Origin: a virus
Taxonomy: Duplodnaviria > Heunggongvirae > Uroviricota > Caudoviricetes
Length of the DNA: 64,000 nt
IMG/VR virus record: IMGVR_UViG_3300012956_000001
Location: 1 to 64,000 of that record
Direction: 5' to 3' (one strand)
The translations under genes and the position numbers were made by a program. Below, piece by piece: positions 31,779 to 42,749 of the stretch; the stretch's first letter is position 1; every line of letters starts with the position of its first letter. The notes below the pieces were generated by a model. It was given only the letters and a program-made list of their open reading frames with translations. It searched no databases and had not been told where the DNA came from.

Positions 31779-32483
31779 ATGAAGCTGTTGACGGTAGGCA
31801 ATCCCAAGATCGCCAAGGGCGAGAAGCTCGGTTATATGACTTCCATCCTGCACCTGGCGCCGTCGTGGCTGTCCGGCTTCAATACCTGCCCGATGGCGAC
31901 CGCCGGCTGCTCGGCCGCTTGCTTGAATACTGCCGGTCGGGGTGGGATTATCAAGCGTGGGGAGACTACCAACGCAATCCAAAAGGCTCGGATTGCTAAG
32001 ACGCTTCGCTTTTTCAACGAACGGGATGCGTTTATGACGCAGCTCGTAAAGGAAATTAACAACGCGATCAAGCTCGCGGCGAAGCACGACCTGATTCCGG
32101 TTTTCCGGTTGAACGGTACTAGCGATATTCGCTGGGAGACTATCGCTGTCGCCGGGGCGAGCAACATCTTCGAGCTGTTCCCGACTGTACAGTTTTACGA
32201 TTACACGAAGATTCCAAATCGTCGGAACATTCCGGCGAATTACGACCTGACGTTTTCTCTTGCTGAAGATAACGACCGGAAGGCTCTGGCCGCTCGCAAT
32301 CTGAAAATGAATATTGCCGTAGTGTTTAAGTCTGTTCCCTCGCACTTCCTTGTCGGCAACGTAATGGTGCCGGTAATCGACGGCGACGCAAGCGACCTTC
32401 GTTTTCTTGACCCCAAGGGCGTCATCATCGGATTGAAGGCCAAGGGTAAGGCCAAGAACGATACCACCGGCTTTGTCCGGTAG
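31779..32483 (+). CDS. Gp88-like Cys-motif protein
   Basis: CPMATAGCSAACL, RLNGTSDI.WE, FYDYTK, D.SDLRFLDP..IIGLKAKG. Confidence 0.75.
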   Translation: MKLLTVGNPKIAKGEKLGYMTSILHLAPSWLSGFNTCPMATAGCSAACLNTAGRGGIIKRGETTNAIQKARIAKTLRFFNERDAFMTQLVKEINNAIKLAAKHDLIPVFRLNGTSDIRWETIAVAGASNIFELFPTVQFYDYTKIPNRRNIPANYDLTFSLAEDNDRKALAARNLKMNIAVVFKSVPSHFLVGNVMVPVIDGDASDLRFLDPKGVIIGLKAKGKAKNDTTGFVR

Positions 32484-32494
32484 GAGAAATCAAA

Positions 32495-32863
32495 ATGTTT
32501 AATCATGTCATGCTCGAGAATTGGCGCGAGACAATGCAGGAGCAAATGCTCGCAGACCTGAAGACAGCGGGGCTCGATTGCCCCGCCAATCGTGACGGTT
32601 GCAAGGTCCGGCTGAAAAAGGGCCGGAAGTATGTTAAGGTAATCGTCGGTGGTGGCGTCCGATACTTTGTCGAGCACGCGACGGGCTCTGGGACTATCTT
32701 CGCCGCCTCTGGGCGTGACAAGCCGAATTTCAATCGTTCGTTCGGCACCGTTTCTGATTACCCCATGTTTCACTGGGGCGGATACGAGGGCGTTGCTAAG
32801 CCCGGTTCCGGGTTCACCATGAAGGGCACCGCCGGCGGATACCAAACCGCAATTAAGGATTAA
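32495..32863 (+). CDS. hypothetical protein, paralog of 28035-28388
   Basis: GRKYVKV..VRYFV..GTIF..PNFNRSFG. Confidence 0.7.
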   Translation: MFNHVMLENWRETMQEQMLADLKTAGLDCPANRDGCKVRLKKGRKYVKVIVGGGVRYFVEHATGSGTIFAASGRDKPNFNRSFGTVSDYPMFHWGGYEGVAKPGSGFTMKGTAGGYQTAIKD

Positions 32864-32981
32864 TCGATATTCCCTCGGAGCAATCCGGGGGAACGTCGTG
32901 CGGGGGATTGTAACGAACGGGTGGACCGCTTGACCTCGCTCCTACGCGGTGGTATATTAGGTCATCTCAAATGGGGGTACT

Positions 32982-33521
32982 ATGAACTTTAACAAGGTGT
33001 ACGGCTCGCCGGAGTTTCCGACGATTCCAGGCGATGAATTGGCCATCCTCGCGGAGTCTGCTCGGCGGTCATCTATTCAGTACCACACGCTTCAAGGGTA
33101 CATTTCGGAAAATCGGGTTATTCGGTATTTGTGTGACCTCGCGGGCGTAACGCGGGTTACGAAGATTCCCGATTACGCGGAAGGCCACGGCGGGGACGTT
33201 TCCTTCAAGTATCGTAACAATGTCTGGTCCGTTGAAATCAAGACCGTTACGATCAAGGACAATGGCGTGGGCTCGGTGAGTATCAAGCCCACGCGGAAGT
33301 CCGATGTGGTACAGGCATATCGTCGTGGACATTTCGATCTCCTGGCAGTCGCCATTACCAATCGTGGAGAAAACGGATTGCTCTTCGTCCATACCGATGC
33401 ACTACCGAACCACAAGGTCAATCCGCTGTTTCTTCAAGGGTCGCTCACGATTAAGGAAGTAAATGACTTTTTTCCTTTCTCGTATTCTCTTGGGAAGGCC
33501 CTGGCGAAACCGTCAGGTTAG
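32982..33521 (+). CDS. putative PD-(D/E)XK nuclease
   Basis: GYISE...GD...VEIKT, FDLLAV. Confidence 0.55.
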   Translation: MNFNKVYGSPEFPTIPGDELAILAESARRSSIQYHTLQGYISENRVIRYLCDLAGVTRVTKIPDYAEGHGGDVSFKYRNNVWSVEIKTVTIKDNGVGSVSIKPTRKSDVVQAYRRGHFDLLAVAITNRGENGLLFVHTDALPNHKVNPLFLQGSLTIKEVNDFFPFSYSLGKALAKPSG

Positions 33522-33640
33522 GAGCCGGGTGGCCCAGTGAAAACTGGGTCACACGCCCCGGTTTGTAACGAAATGTTTTTCCGCTTGACGAATACCAGAA
33601 AACCCGTATATTTGGTCATAACCTTTACGGAGTATCACCG

Positions 33641-34240
33641 ATGGTCAAGAGCTCGATTCCTCGTTCGATTCGCACCAAGGTTCGTGAACTGCTCAAAGAG
33701 CTCGCGGCTGAGCTCCCGCCGAAGACAAAGCCGGGTGATGCGATCCCGTACTATGCTCGTAGCGAAGCCTACTACAAGCACGTCGATACGGCGCCGGCGT
33801 TGCTTCGGCGGGTTCGCAAGCACGGCATCAAGGCGACCAAGACTGCCGCTGGTGTTGCGCGTCGCGCGGTGATCTCGGATACGTTCGTCATCAAGTTCAG
33901 TCGGTATGAGGGCGACCAGCGCCGATTGGTGTCCGAGGCAAACTACATCAAGGAAATGTGTGATCGGGGATATGAAATCAATTTTCCCGAGACGCACGTG
34001 GTGAAGATTGCCGGCGTGATCGCGCTGGTGCAGGAAAAGATCGATATGTCGCACGCCTGGGCAGGGCGGAAGTATTCTCGGAATCGCACGGATGCTTATG
34101 ATATTGCCGAGAGTCTGGCGTGTGAGCTTGGAATCGATGACATTCACGAAGGCAACTTTGGTTGGCGGACTGCCGGCAACGGCGAGAAGATTCCGGTGTT
34201 CGTGGATGTTGATTTCCGTTACGATAATAGTCATTCGTAA
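33641..34240 (+). CDS. minimal protein-kinase-fold protein, paralog 1
   Basis: FVIKF, E, VQEKI, DDIHEGNFG, VFVD. Confidence 0.7.
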   Translation: MVKSSIPRSIRTKVRELLKELAAELPPKTKPGDAIPYYARSEAYYKHVDTAPALLRRVRKHGIKATKTAAGVARRAVISDTFVIKFSRYEGDQRRLVSEANYIKEMCDRGYEINFPETHVVKIAGVIALVQEKIDMSHAWAGRKYSRNRTDAYDIAESLACELGIDDIHEGNFGWRTAGNGEKIPVFVDVDFRYDNSHS

Positions 34241-34362
34241 AATCCAATAATGTGACGACTCCGAGAGGAGCGTCACCCCGGTTTGTAACGAAATTTTGAC
34301 CCGCTTGACGGGGTTGAGAAATCTTCTATATTTGGTCATAACCTTTACGGAGTGACGTACCA

Positions 34363-35019
34363 ATGGCGAAGTCCTCGATTCCCCGCTCGGTTCGGACGCA
34401 GGTTCGTGAGTTGCTCAAGAGTCTGTCAACCGACATTCCGCCTATCCCGAGGTCGAAGTCTTACGACAAGACTTGGCGCCAGTGGAATGAACGGGCCTCG
34501 GCGTGGAATGCAAAGGTGGACACGCCGCGGTCTATCCTCGCTCGGGCTCGGACGCACGGAATCAAGGCGAGCAAGACGGGTGCTGGGGTTGCACGTCGAG
34601 CGGTCATCGCGGATACGTTCGTCATCAAGTTCAGTCGGTTTGGTAACGATCAGGAGCGTCTGATTGCTGAGGCGAAGTTCATTCAGGATATGCGAAATGC
34701 GGGTGGGTTTCCTGACAACTTTCCTGAGACGCATGTCGTGAAGGCGCCTGGTGTGACGGCGCTGGTGCAGGAAAAGATCGACATGAACCACGCATGGGTC
34801 AATCGGAAGGGATATCTCGAGCGCCGTCAGATTCTTAACCGGGTTGAACAACTTGCTCGTGATCTGAGGATCAGCGACCTGCACGATGGAAACTTCGGGT
34901 GGCGTGTTGTGGATGGCGAAAAGGTGCCGGTGTTCGTGGACGTTGACTATCGCAACAGCGATTACAACGATGGATGGGGCGATCCCTCGGATTCGGAGAG
35001 CTATCATTCGGATTATTGA
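34363..35019 (+). CDS. minimal protein-kinase-fold protein, paralog 2
   Basis: FVIKF, VQEKI, SDLHDGNFG, VFVD; highly similar to the upstream gene. Confidence 0.7.
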   Translation: MAKSSIPRSVRTQVRELLKSLSTDIPPIPRSKSYDKTWRQWNERASAWNAKVDTPRSILARARTHGIKASKTGAGVARRAVIADTFVIKFSRFGNDQERLIAEAKFIQDMRNAGGFPDNFPETHVVKAPGVTALVQEKIDMNHAWVNRKGYLERRQILNRVEQLARDLRISDLHDGNFGWRVVDGEKVPVFVDVDYRNSDYNDGWGDPSDSESYHSDY

Positions 35020-35143
35020 ATAATTCAAATAGGGGCGCTCTTCACCGGGCGCTCCACGCCCCGGTTTGTAACGAAATGTTTGCTCCCTTGACGGATCGCC
35101 AGTGTACCTGTATATTACATCATAACCTTAACGGAGTAACACA

Positions 35144-35335
35144 ATGAAGAACGCCTCGGCCCTGTTTCTCATCCTGCTCGTTGTGGCAATTGTCATCGGT
35201 GGCCCGCTGGCCACGATCTGGTCGCTCAACACGCTCTTTGGGTTGACCATCGCGTACACGTTCAAGACTTGGCTGGCCGCGCTCTTCCTCGGCGGGCTGA
35301 TGTCCAAGTCGGCAAGCTCTTCTTCCTCGAAGTAA
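35144..35335 (+). CDS. small membrane protein
   Basis: Cassette promoter; two hydrophobic helices, IWSLNTLF. Confidence 0.65.
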   Translation: MKNASALFLILLVVAIVIGGPLATIWSLNTLFGLTIAYTFKTWLAALFLGGLMSKSASSSSSK

Positions 35336-35345
35336 GGAGCGTCAA

Positions 35346-35726
35346 GTGGCCAAGCTGTATCTGATTCGTGGACTGCCGGGGTCTGGGAAGTCCACGATGG
35401 CACGGGCTCTCGCCGAGGAAATCGGCGCGGTACATTACGAGGCCGACCAGTATTTTATGGTGGACGGAGACTATCGCTTCGATCCGTCTAAGCTCGGTGC
35501 AGCACACGCCGAGTGTCAGGCCAAGGCAGAAACCGCCCTGGCGATGGGCAAGTCAGTCGTGGTGAGCAACACCTTCACCACGCACAAGGAGATGGACCCG
35601 TATCTCGGGTTCGCGGAGTATCACGGGGTTCGTGCCGAGATTCGCACGGCGACGGGCTCATTCGGTTCGGTCCACGATGTTCCCGCTGAGACGCTTGAGC
35701 GGATGCGGGCTCGCTGGGAGGATTAA
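35346..35726 (+). CDS. AAA_33 polynucleotide-kinase-like P-loop protein
   Basis: LIRGLPGSGKST, EADQYF, AHAECQ, VVSNTF, HDVP. Confidence 0.8.
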   Translation: MAKLYLIRGLPGSGKSTMARALAEEIGAVHYEADQYFMVDGDYRFDPSKLGAAHAECQAKAETALAMGKSVVVSNTFTTHKEMDPYLGFAEYHGVRAEIRTATGSFGSVHDVPAETLERMRARWED

Positions 35727-37173
35727 TCCAATTGTGACAATTCCAGATAATCGGAATTGTTACAAACGGGGAATTGACCCTTGACAGGTGATGTACCATA
35801 GGGTATATTTTATCAACTTCAATAGGGATCTATCAATGCTTGAACTCGTCAACGTCTGTTATAGCTGCAAGATTCGACTGAATATCAACGTCGAAGCAAC
35901 TAAGCGCAGGTCGGGTGGATGGGTGTGTGAGCATTGTATTGTCGAGATGGACATTGCGGAACTCCGCAGTGATCTTGCACATTATCAGGCGGCTAATCAA
36001 TACCCGACATTTAATTATGCTGGGGAGATTGATGTTCTGACCACAAAGTTAGCGACTATGGGTGACAGAATTCCGCTGGACATTCAATAGACTTTGTGGT
36101 ATATTCTGTCATACGATTTAACGGGAGCAATCAATGAAGTTTGATCATCGGGTGGGTCGCAAGATTTTGGGTGGGTTCTACATCCCATTCATTGGCCGCA
36201 TTACTACCACACAGCGATATGCCACGACGCTCAAGTATCTGGGCGATTGTGGCTGGAATCTGAAGCGGTGGCCCTATCGTGACAAGCATATGTTCGGAAT
36301 CTCGCTTGTCGTTCCTGACACCAAGGGGAAAACAACCAATGTTGTGTAATAACTGCAACGAACCGCATACGGACGAATCTTTCCGTAATCCGCCGTGTGT
36401 CTTGCACGCCCTGCTCGCGGTGGCTATCGAGGGTGACCACTGCACGGTGGAACAGGCACAGGACATTCTGGATCGGATCGCTTCCGATGCCGTGTGGATG
36501 GAATTGGGCGAACTGACCGACCGCATCCTGCAGGGTGACTTCAATCTCACGGACGAAGAACTGGGGCGTGTGTAATGATTCGCAAGTCTATGTTCACCAA
36601 GTCGGCTGACTTTGAGGCACGAGTCATCAAAGCAATGTCGTTTGCTACCGGCTTTGCTGCGGGCGTTGAAGTTCTCACGCCGATGGAAGTGGCCGAAACC
36701 GTCCTCAATTGCACCGAGGAAACCGAGGGCCAGACCGAGAAGTTTCTTATCTGGCAGGAAGCCTTGGATCGACTGTCGATTCTTGCCCACGGCGCCTAAA
36801 TAAAAAACGACTATTCCTTCGCGGAGTAGTCCCCCGTTTGTAACGAAAGTTGCCAGAATTGGGCACACGCAGTATATTGGATCATACTCAAACGGAGCAC
36901 TACCAATGTCTACGTTCGCTGATCGCAAGACCGAAGCTCGCCGGAAGGGATTTGCCAAGTGGTTTTGTAACGTGGTGGCAATCCATCCGTATCTGGGTGT
37001 GATGGTTATGATTTTGATGGCTCCTATCCTTCTACTGGCAACCGCTGGCATCGGTGCCGTGGAAGCTGTCGGTGATGGTCTGGGGTCCGTGCGGTCTTCG
37101 ATCCGTTCTATGCTCAATATTGCCCGGAAGGACTAGTCTGGGTATATTTGTAAATCGTTAAACGGAGAAACAA

Positions 37174-37545
37174 GTGAGCAAGGTCACGATTCGGGTGTAC
37201 GAACGGATGAGCAAGGTGCCAGCGGGCTATGTCCCCAAGCTCCATAAGCTCACCCTGCCGAATGGCCTAATGAAGGCGAGGTCTATCCGTCAGCGGCTGG
37301 TCAACGCGCCGGGAATCGTGAGCGTGGCGTTTCTCGGTCGTACCATTGTCGGCTGGAATATGGTGGACAAGCACAAGAAGGTCGAGCAGTTTGTCAATCC
37401 GAAGCATCGCGGGAAGGGTATCGGGTCCAAGCTGTTGCTCACCACCACGGACGTTGCAGGTCTGCCATTAAACAAGAATACGGTATATGACTATATGCCG
37501 GCGGCTCTCAAAGTGCTCAAGCGAGCAAGGGGGATGAAAGGATGA
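37174..37545 (+). CDS. GNAT-like acetyltransferase
   Basis: IVGW, FVNPKHRGKGIGSKLL. Confidence 0.7.
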   Translation: MSKVTIRVYERMSKVPAGYVPKLHKLTLPNGLMKARSIRQRLVNAPGIVSVAFLGRTIVGWNMVDKHKKVEQFVNPKHRGKGIGSKLLLTTTDVAGLPLNKNTVYDYMPAALKVLKRARGMKG

Positions 37546-38120
37546 CCACACACGCAGAGTATGTGAAGATGCAAACCGACTTGATTGCTGATGCAAACAA
37601 GGCATTTGCACCCATGCAGGCGAAGATCAACGCTGCGCGAACCAAGCTCAGGCTCCAACTCGCCAAGAATAACGCCGTGCTCAAGGCGCGTGCGACCGCC
37701 AGCATCAAGGCAATGAACCTCAAGCAAAAGCCCAAGAATCCTGTTGGCAAGACATGGCGACAGTTTCATTTTTCGGGCTTTCGTTCCGCCTATCGTAAGT
37801 TTGCGGGTACGGATGTCTGGTTTGCATCGGGTTACACGATGTCGTCTACGTGGTATGCTCACGACGGCAAGACAGTTAAGAAGTTTCTTGGGTGGCAGCA
37901 CAGCGACGCTGAGGCATGGGCTGCACGTGGTCGCAAGGCCGAACCCACGGAACTCGCTAAGACTCGGAAGGAAATGGCGGAACTCCGTAAGGAACTCGCC
38001 AAGGCCCTCAAGGCGTGTGAGCGGAAGGCGGCCAAGAAGCCTGCCAAGAAGGCTGTGAAGAAGGCGGCCAAGAAGGCGCCGACCTACTTCGAGGACTCGG
38101 ACATTCGCAATCGGTACTAG
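37542..38120 (+). CDS. basic protein with histone H1-like AKK-repeat tail
   Basis: KAAKKPAKKAVKKAAKKAP. Confidence 0.65.
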   Translation: MTTHAEYVKMQTDLIADANKAFAPMQAKINAARTKLRLQLAKNNAVLKARATASIKAMNLKQKPKNPVGKTWRQFHFSGFRSAYRKFAGTDVWFASGYTMSSTWYAHDGKTVKKFLGWQHSDAEAWAARGRKAEPTELAKTRKEMAELRKELAKALKACERKAAKKPAKKAVKKAAKKAPTYFEDSDIRNRY

Positions 38121-38891
38121 ATTAATCGAATATCCTTTAACCGGGATATTCGCCCCCGTTTGTAACGAAATTCGATCACGCTTGACGTTAATCAGAAATG
38201 ATGTATATTAGATCATACTCAAACGGGGACACGAAAATGAAGGCGTTCAACATCTGGCTCAGCGGCAACCTTCTCGATACCGTATTCATGACCGATGATA
38301 TGGATGAGTCGGATGTGTACTTTCAGCTCACCAACAGTGGTGAGTTTGACGCCGAAATCACCGTCGAAGAAGTGGAGATGTAAATGCTCAAGCTCATCGC
38401 TGTTGGTATGATCGCTCCGCGGTCGCAGAACAAGGAAGTCATTCAGGACTTCACCAAGCGCCATTTCGGTCCTGGCGTTGGCACGTACACGGGTGTCTCG
38501 AGCACGCACTCAGCGGTCGTGTTTGTGGACCCCTCGGCTCCTCTCGGCAAGATGGAAGGCGTATGCTAACAATGGACACCGGACGAAAGTCCGGTCAGTC
38601 CCCGGTTTGTAACGAAAGTTGCCATATTTTTGATTACTAGGTATATTCATTTAACGTCAAATGGAGATATCGATGGAAGATGCCCTGGCTTCATTCTTCG
38701 CAGAAATTCTTTGGGCGATCCTTAGCAACCTACCCAGCTGGGTCTTTGTCGAGGTAGTGCTGGGCATCATCATCGGGACGGCCATTCGGGCAATGCTGGA
38801 TCGGTATGCCGAGTATCGCCACGACAAGCTTCGGTCTTGACAGATAGGGCACCACGCTGTATATTAGATCATACTCAAACGGAGCCACACA

Positions 38892-39266
38892 ATGTACGGA
38901 ATGGTCAAGCTGTCGGTCGATGAGAACACGGGACGTATCACTCGCCAGCTCCAGCGTCGGGATGGCATTCCTACTCTGGCCCAGATGCAGGAGGCGGTTG
39001 GTGGGTACATCACCACGGGCTTTCGGATTCAGTCGGCCACTCGCCCGAACGTGTCAATCGACTATTACGTGGATGACGAGGGGTTGCTGATGAGCGGTAA
39101 CCCGGTGGCAAAGTATCTGCTCGAGGATGGCCGGGTGTATGAGCTGGCCGGGTCGGGCATCTTCGTCGGTGGTGACGATGACACGGGCGACGCAGTGGCC
39201 CTGACGGCGGAGGAGTTCGGCCAGATTGGGGGCGTTCAGTTGTTCCCCATCGGAATCACGGAATAA
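38892..39266 (+). CDS. DUF3846-like protein
   Basis: LAQMQEAVGGYI, VDDEGLL, LAG..IFVG. Confidence 0.65.
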   Translation: MYGMVKLSVDENTGRITRQLQRRDGIPTLAQMQEAVGGYITTGFRIQSATRPNVSIDYYVDDEGLLMSGNPVAKYLLEDGRVYELAGSGIFVGGDDDTGDAVALTAEEFGQIGGVQLFPIGITE

Positions 39267-39299
39267 TAAAAACCTCGCCCCACTCGATGGGGTCCGGTT

Positions 39300-39325
39300 C
39301 CTCCACCTTCGGGTGGAGGTTTTTT
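39300..39325 (+). terminator. intrinsic terminator
   Basis: CCTCCACC-TTCG-GGTGGAGG-TTTTTT. Confidence 0.85.
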
Positions 39326-40394
39326 CGTACCCCCAATTGTAACGAAAGTTGCCATATTTTTGATTACTAGGTATATTCATTCAACTTCAACAGGGAATCA
39401 ACAATGTCTGCTCCTCGCTGCTGTGACTGGTGTGATGTGGAGATGCCCAACGGCGCTTTGATTAATGCCGACCATGGCGATTTTTGTTCACAGGATTGTG
39501 AGCAGGACGCCGAGTGTGAGATCGCCGAGGAGGAGTATGATGGCCAGCCCTCGGAAATGGATGAATGGCTGAGTTTCGATCCCGATTGCTGATATTCATT
39601 TAACCGGAGATTTACAATGATCGAAGACGGCGAAGTGTAGTTTATCGGAATTGTGGCCGTGTTTTTCCTGGCACTCATCGGGTTCAAGGTGACCGAGGTC
39701 GTAAAACAGAATAGCACGGAGAGGTTCTGCCTCGCCCATGGCTATTCTCGGGCCGACTGGCGGTTTGTCGGCGAGTCGTATTGTATCACTCGAACCGACC
39801 AGACGGACATCGTGGTTCCGCTGAGCAAGGTCAAGTAACTAGAAAGTGCTCTAGAGGAGCTTAATGGGGCCTGATCGGGCCCCACTTTCAGTTATCCCCG
39901 TTTGTAACGAAAATTTTGGTCGCTTGACGGATAGTGCCAGTAAGAGTATATTATATCATAACCTTAACGGAGTATGACGATGGCTCGCACGGTCTCGACG
40001 TTTCAGGATGTGTCCACGGGTGCCCGCACGGTGATTATCGCCGGCGAGTGTGTGTTCGGTGGTGGTCACTACTCCGTTGAGGTGACGGAGCAGGCGTGGA
40101 ACGATTACAAGGGCGGCATGCTGGTTCAGAATGCCTTCCCGAATCTCTCGGCGGATGATCGGGAGTTTATCATCTCGGGCATTTCGCCCAAGGGCTGGGC
40201 CGACACCTTCGGAGGCGAGTCGTGAAAAACGACAGATTGTTGGCCGCGAGCTGCTTGATGCTGAGCGTCATCTGCATGGCAAGTGTAGTCGCGGTGCCGC
40301 CGGGAACCAGCCTGGTTGTCTGTGGGGCGTTGGGCTACGCAGCGGGAATGTTGCTTGTGTCCGGCGGCTTTCTCGCCTGGATGACTCGCCCCTA

Positions 40395-40796
40395 ATGTGG
40401 CGCATGACCGCCTTCGCCCTAACCTTTGATCTGGTATCCAAGGGACTGGCAACTCGTATGCTCACCGATGTAGTATATAACGTCGGTGAGCCGCGATTTG
40501 GCATGGGCTGGTCTGTCCAACTCTTGCTAATGATTTTTGTGATTATCGGATATATTCTGATTGATCGCAATTTCAAGGTACCTGACCTTGGGCTGGCGTC
40601 TGGTATGGTGATCGGCGGGGCATTTGGCAATCTGATGAGCATGATGTTCGGCCCTCCGGGCGTCCTTGACTGGATTCCATTGGGCGACACGGGCCTTATT
40701 GCCAATGGTGCCGATTTCTTCATTTGGTTTGGCGTGGTGCTTACGTGGTATGTGGTGGGTAAGGCAGCGTGGCATGAGGCAAGAGCCAAAAAGTAG
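40395..40796 (+). CDS. lspA: lipoprotein signal peptidase II-like protein
   Basis: DLVSK, N.G..FG, GGAFGNL, VLDWI, NGADFFI; four hydrophobic segments. Confidence 0.7.
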   Translation: MWRMTAFALTFDLVSKGLATRMLTDVVYNVGEPRFGMGWSVQLLLMIFVIIGYILIDRNFKVPDLGLASGMVIGGAFGNLMSMMFGPPGVLDWIPLGDTGLIANGADFFIWFGVVLTWYVVGKAAWHEARAKK

Positions 40797-41318
40797 GTCG
40801 GGGAATTGTAACGAAAGTTGCCAACGCCGGATCATTGTAGTATATTGAGGTAACGAATCAAACGGAGTGTTACCGTGATGTGGAATCCGATGTCAACAGC
40901 GCCGAGGGATGGGACGTACTTTCTTGCCAAGATCGAATGGGAAGATGTGCCTGTCGTGGCGTGTTGGCTTGAGGGTCGCAACAGTCCGTCAGTTGATTCG
41001 ACGGGGTTGGATGCACAAGGCGGCTGGGATGGGGCGATCATCGTTCAATGGCAGTCAAATGTATTTATTGGTTGGCTCCCACTGCCGGAATACACCGGAA
41101 CGGAGAAGTTCTAATGAAGCTCGTCACCGAATATCGTAATTTTTCGATCTATCTTACGCGTGATAACGAATACTTCGCGCCTGCTCTTGATCGACTACAT
41201 ACTCGAAAGACGCTCAAGACCACCAAGAAGGATATCGACCGGCGGATCGCCATAGAAAATCGACGACTTGCCAATGACGGGACATTGTAGTATATTGTAG
41301 GACGTTCATTGAAAATCT

Positions 41319-41393
41319 GTCGCTATCTTCCAACTGGTCTAGGAACCCTGGCTTTCAACCAGTGCAATACGGGTTCGAATCCCGTTAGCGACG
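41319..41393 (+). tRNA. tRNA-Glu(TTC)
   Basis: Cloverleaf; anticodon loop CTTTCAA. Confidence 0.9.
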
Positions 41394-41399
41394 TATCTT

Positions 41400-41473
41400 A
41401 CCCGCATAGCTTAGCGGTCTAAAGCGCTGCCCTGTCACGGCAGAGATCGCGGGTTCAAATCCCGCTGTGGGTG
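41400..41473 (+). tRNA. tRNA-Asp(GTC)
   Basis: Cloverleaf; loop CTGTCAC. Confidence 0.92.
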
Positions 41474-41702
41474 TAAGGTCGGTGGGCTCGAGCTACGGAT
41501 CATCGGTAACGATGCCGTCAGGAAAACGCTACACTGCCGACTAGTTTTGAAGCTGTTGCCGATCAGCAAAGACGGAGTGAGTGTGGCTCGCCGTCAATCA
41601 AAATCGGACACTTGCTACTGTTTACCAATTCAGGAACGCTCCCGCAACTCCGGCGTAAGCTGGCGCAATGTGGGGTTATGGCGATAACAAAAATTGGATC
41701 AT

Positions 41703-41775
41703 TCACCATTAGCTCAATTGGCAGAGCTCGGAGCTGTTAACTCCGTGGTTATAGGTTCGAGTCCTATATGGTGAT
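41703..41775 (+). tRNA. tRNA-Asn(GTT)
   Basis: Cloverleaf; loop CTGTTAA. Confidence 0.92.
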
Positions 41776-42262
41776 TTTAGGGTATAGCGGCCGACCAGGC
41801 CGTTGAGATCGGGTGACTCCCCCTCGGCATGTCTCGTCAACTTGCTTATGCCCAATGCTTCTTAGTGACCTATGTCATTCAGGCATAGCGTTTAACGGTG
41901 AACGAGATCACCGTGATAGGAGAAGTATATGATTTCAGTTGAATGGGAAACCTCACCAGCCGGCACAAAGCACAGTGCCGCAACTCTCAAGCACAACATC
42001 GCTGAGGCAAAAGTACTCAAGCAAAAAGGTGACATGGCCAAGCTCGAGCTACAAGACGATCAAGGCAATGTCTATCGGTTGTGGATGGATCGTGACGTTA
42101 TCTCTAAACTTGATAACGAGCTAAACCAGTAGGGTAGGACTCTCTGAATCGATCCGACTAGTGAACTACCGGATAAGCATGCCCACATCGACAGAGAGGG
42201 GTTGAGGTACTCTAGAGCCTCATTCCGGCAGACCGGCACATCTGACCCAAAAGTGCCAACTA

Positions 42263-42334
42263 TGCTCCTTCGTCTAATTGGCAAGACTGCGGACTTTGGA
42301 TCCGCGTATGAAGGTTCGAATCCTTCGGGAGCAG
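42263..42334 (+). tRNA. tRNA-Gln(TTG)
   Basis: Cloverleaf; loop CTTTGGA. Confidence 0.92.
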
Positions 42335-42387
42335 CTCGTCAAGCCTAAAGACGCTAAAACAGGCAATACTCTAACAAAGGATAATTC

Positions 42388-42681
42388 ATGAAGACATTGT
42401 TCAAGGTCGTGGCGCCTCTTGCGCTTCTTTTTGCTGTTGCTTGTAGTGAAGCCACCACGTTGCCTGAAATGGCAGTCAAGCCAAGCATGACTGAGGAAGT
42501 AGCAGGATGTTTCCATTCGGTCGGCGGCACTGCTTGTGGTGAAATTGGCGGTGATCGTATGTGGATCAACTGTCCGGTTCACACCGCCAACGACCATTGG
42601 TACGAAGATGGACACACCATGTATTACACGGACCAACACTCGGTATCGTGGGCAACTAGCAAGTGTATGTTGGAAAGCTAA
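42388..42681 (+). CDS. putative lipoprotein
   Basis: Signal peptide with lipobox-like FAVAC. Confidence 0.6.
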   Translation: MKTLFKVVAPLALLFAVACSEATTLPEMAVKPSMTEEVAGCFHSVGGTACGEIGGDRMWINCPVHTANDHWYEDGHTMYYTDQHSVSWATSKCMLES

Positions 42682-42749
42682 CACTCGGGGAATTGTAACG
42701 AAATACCCTATGGCTTGCCCACACCGGAGCCATAGGGTATATTAATATA

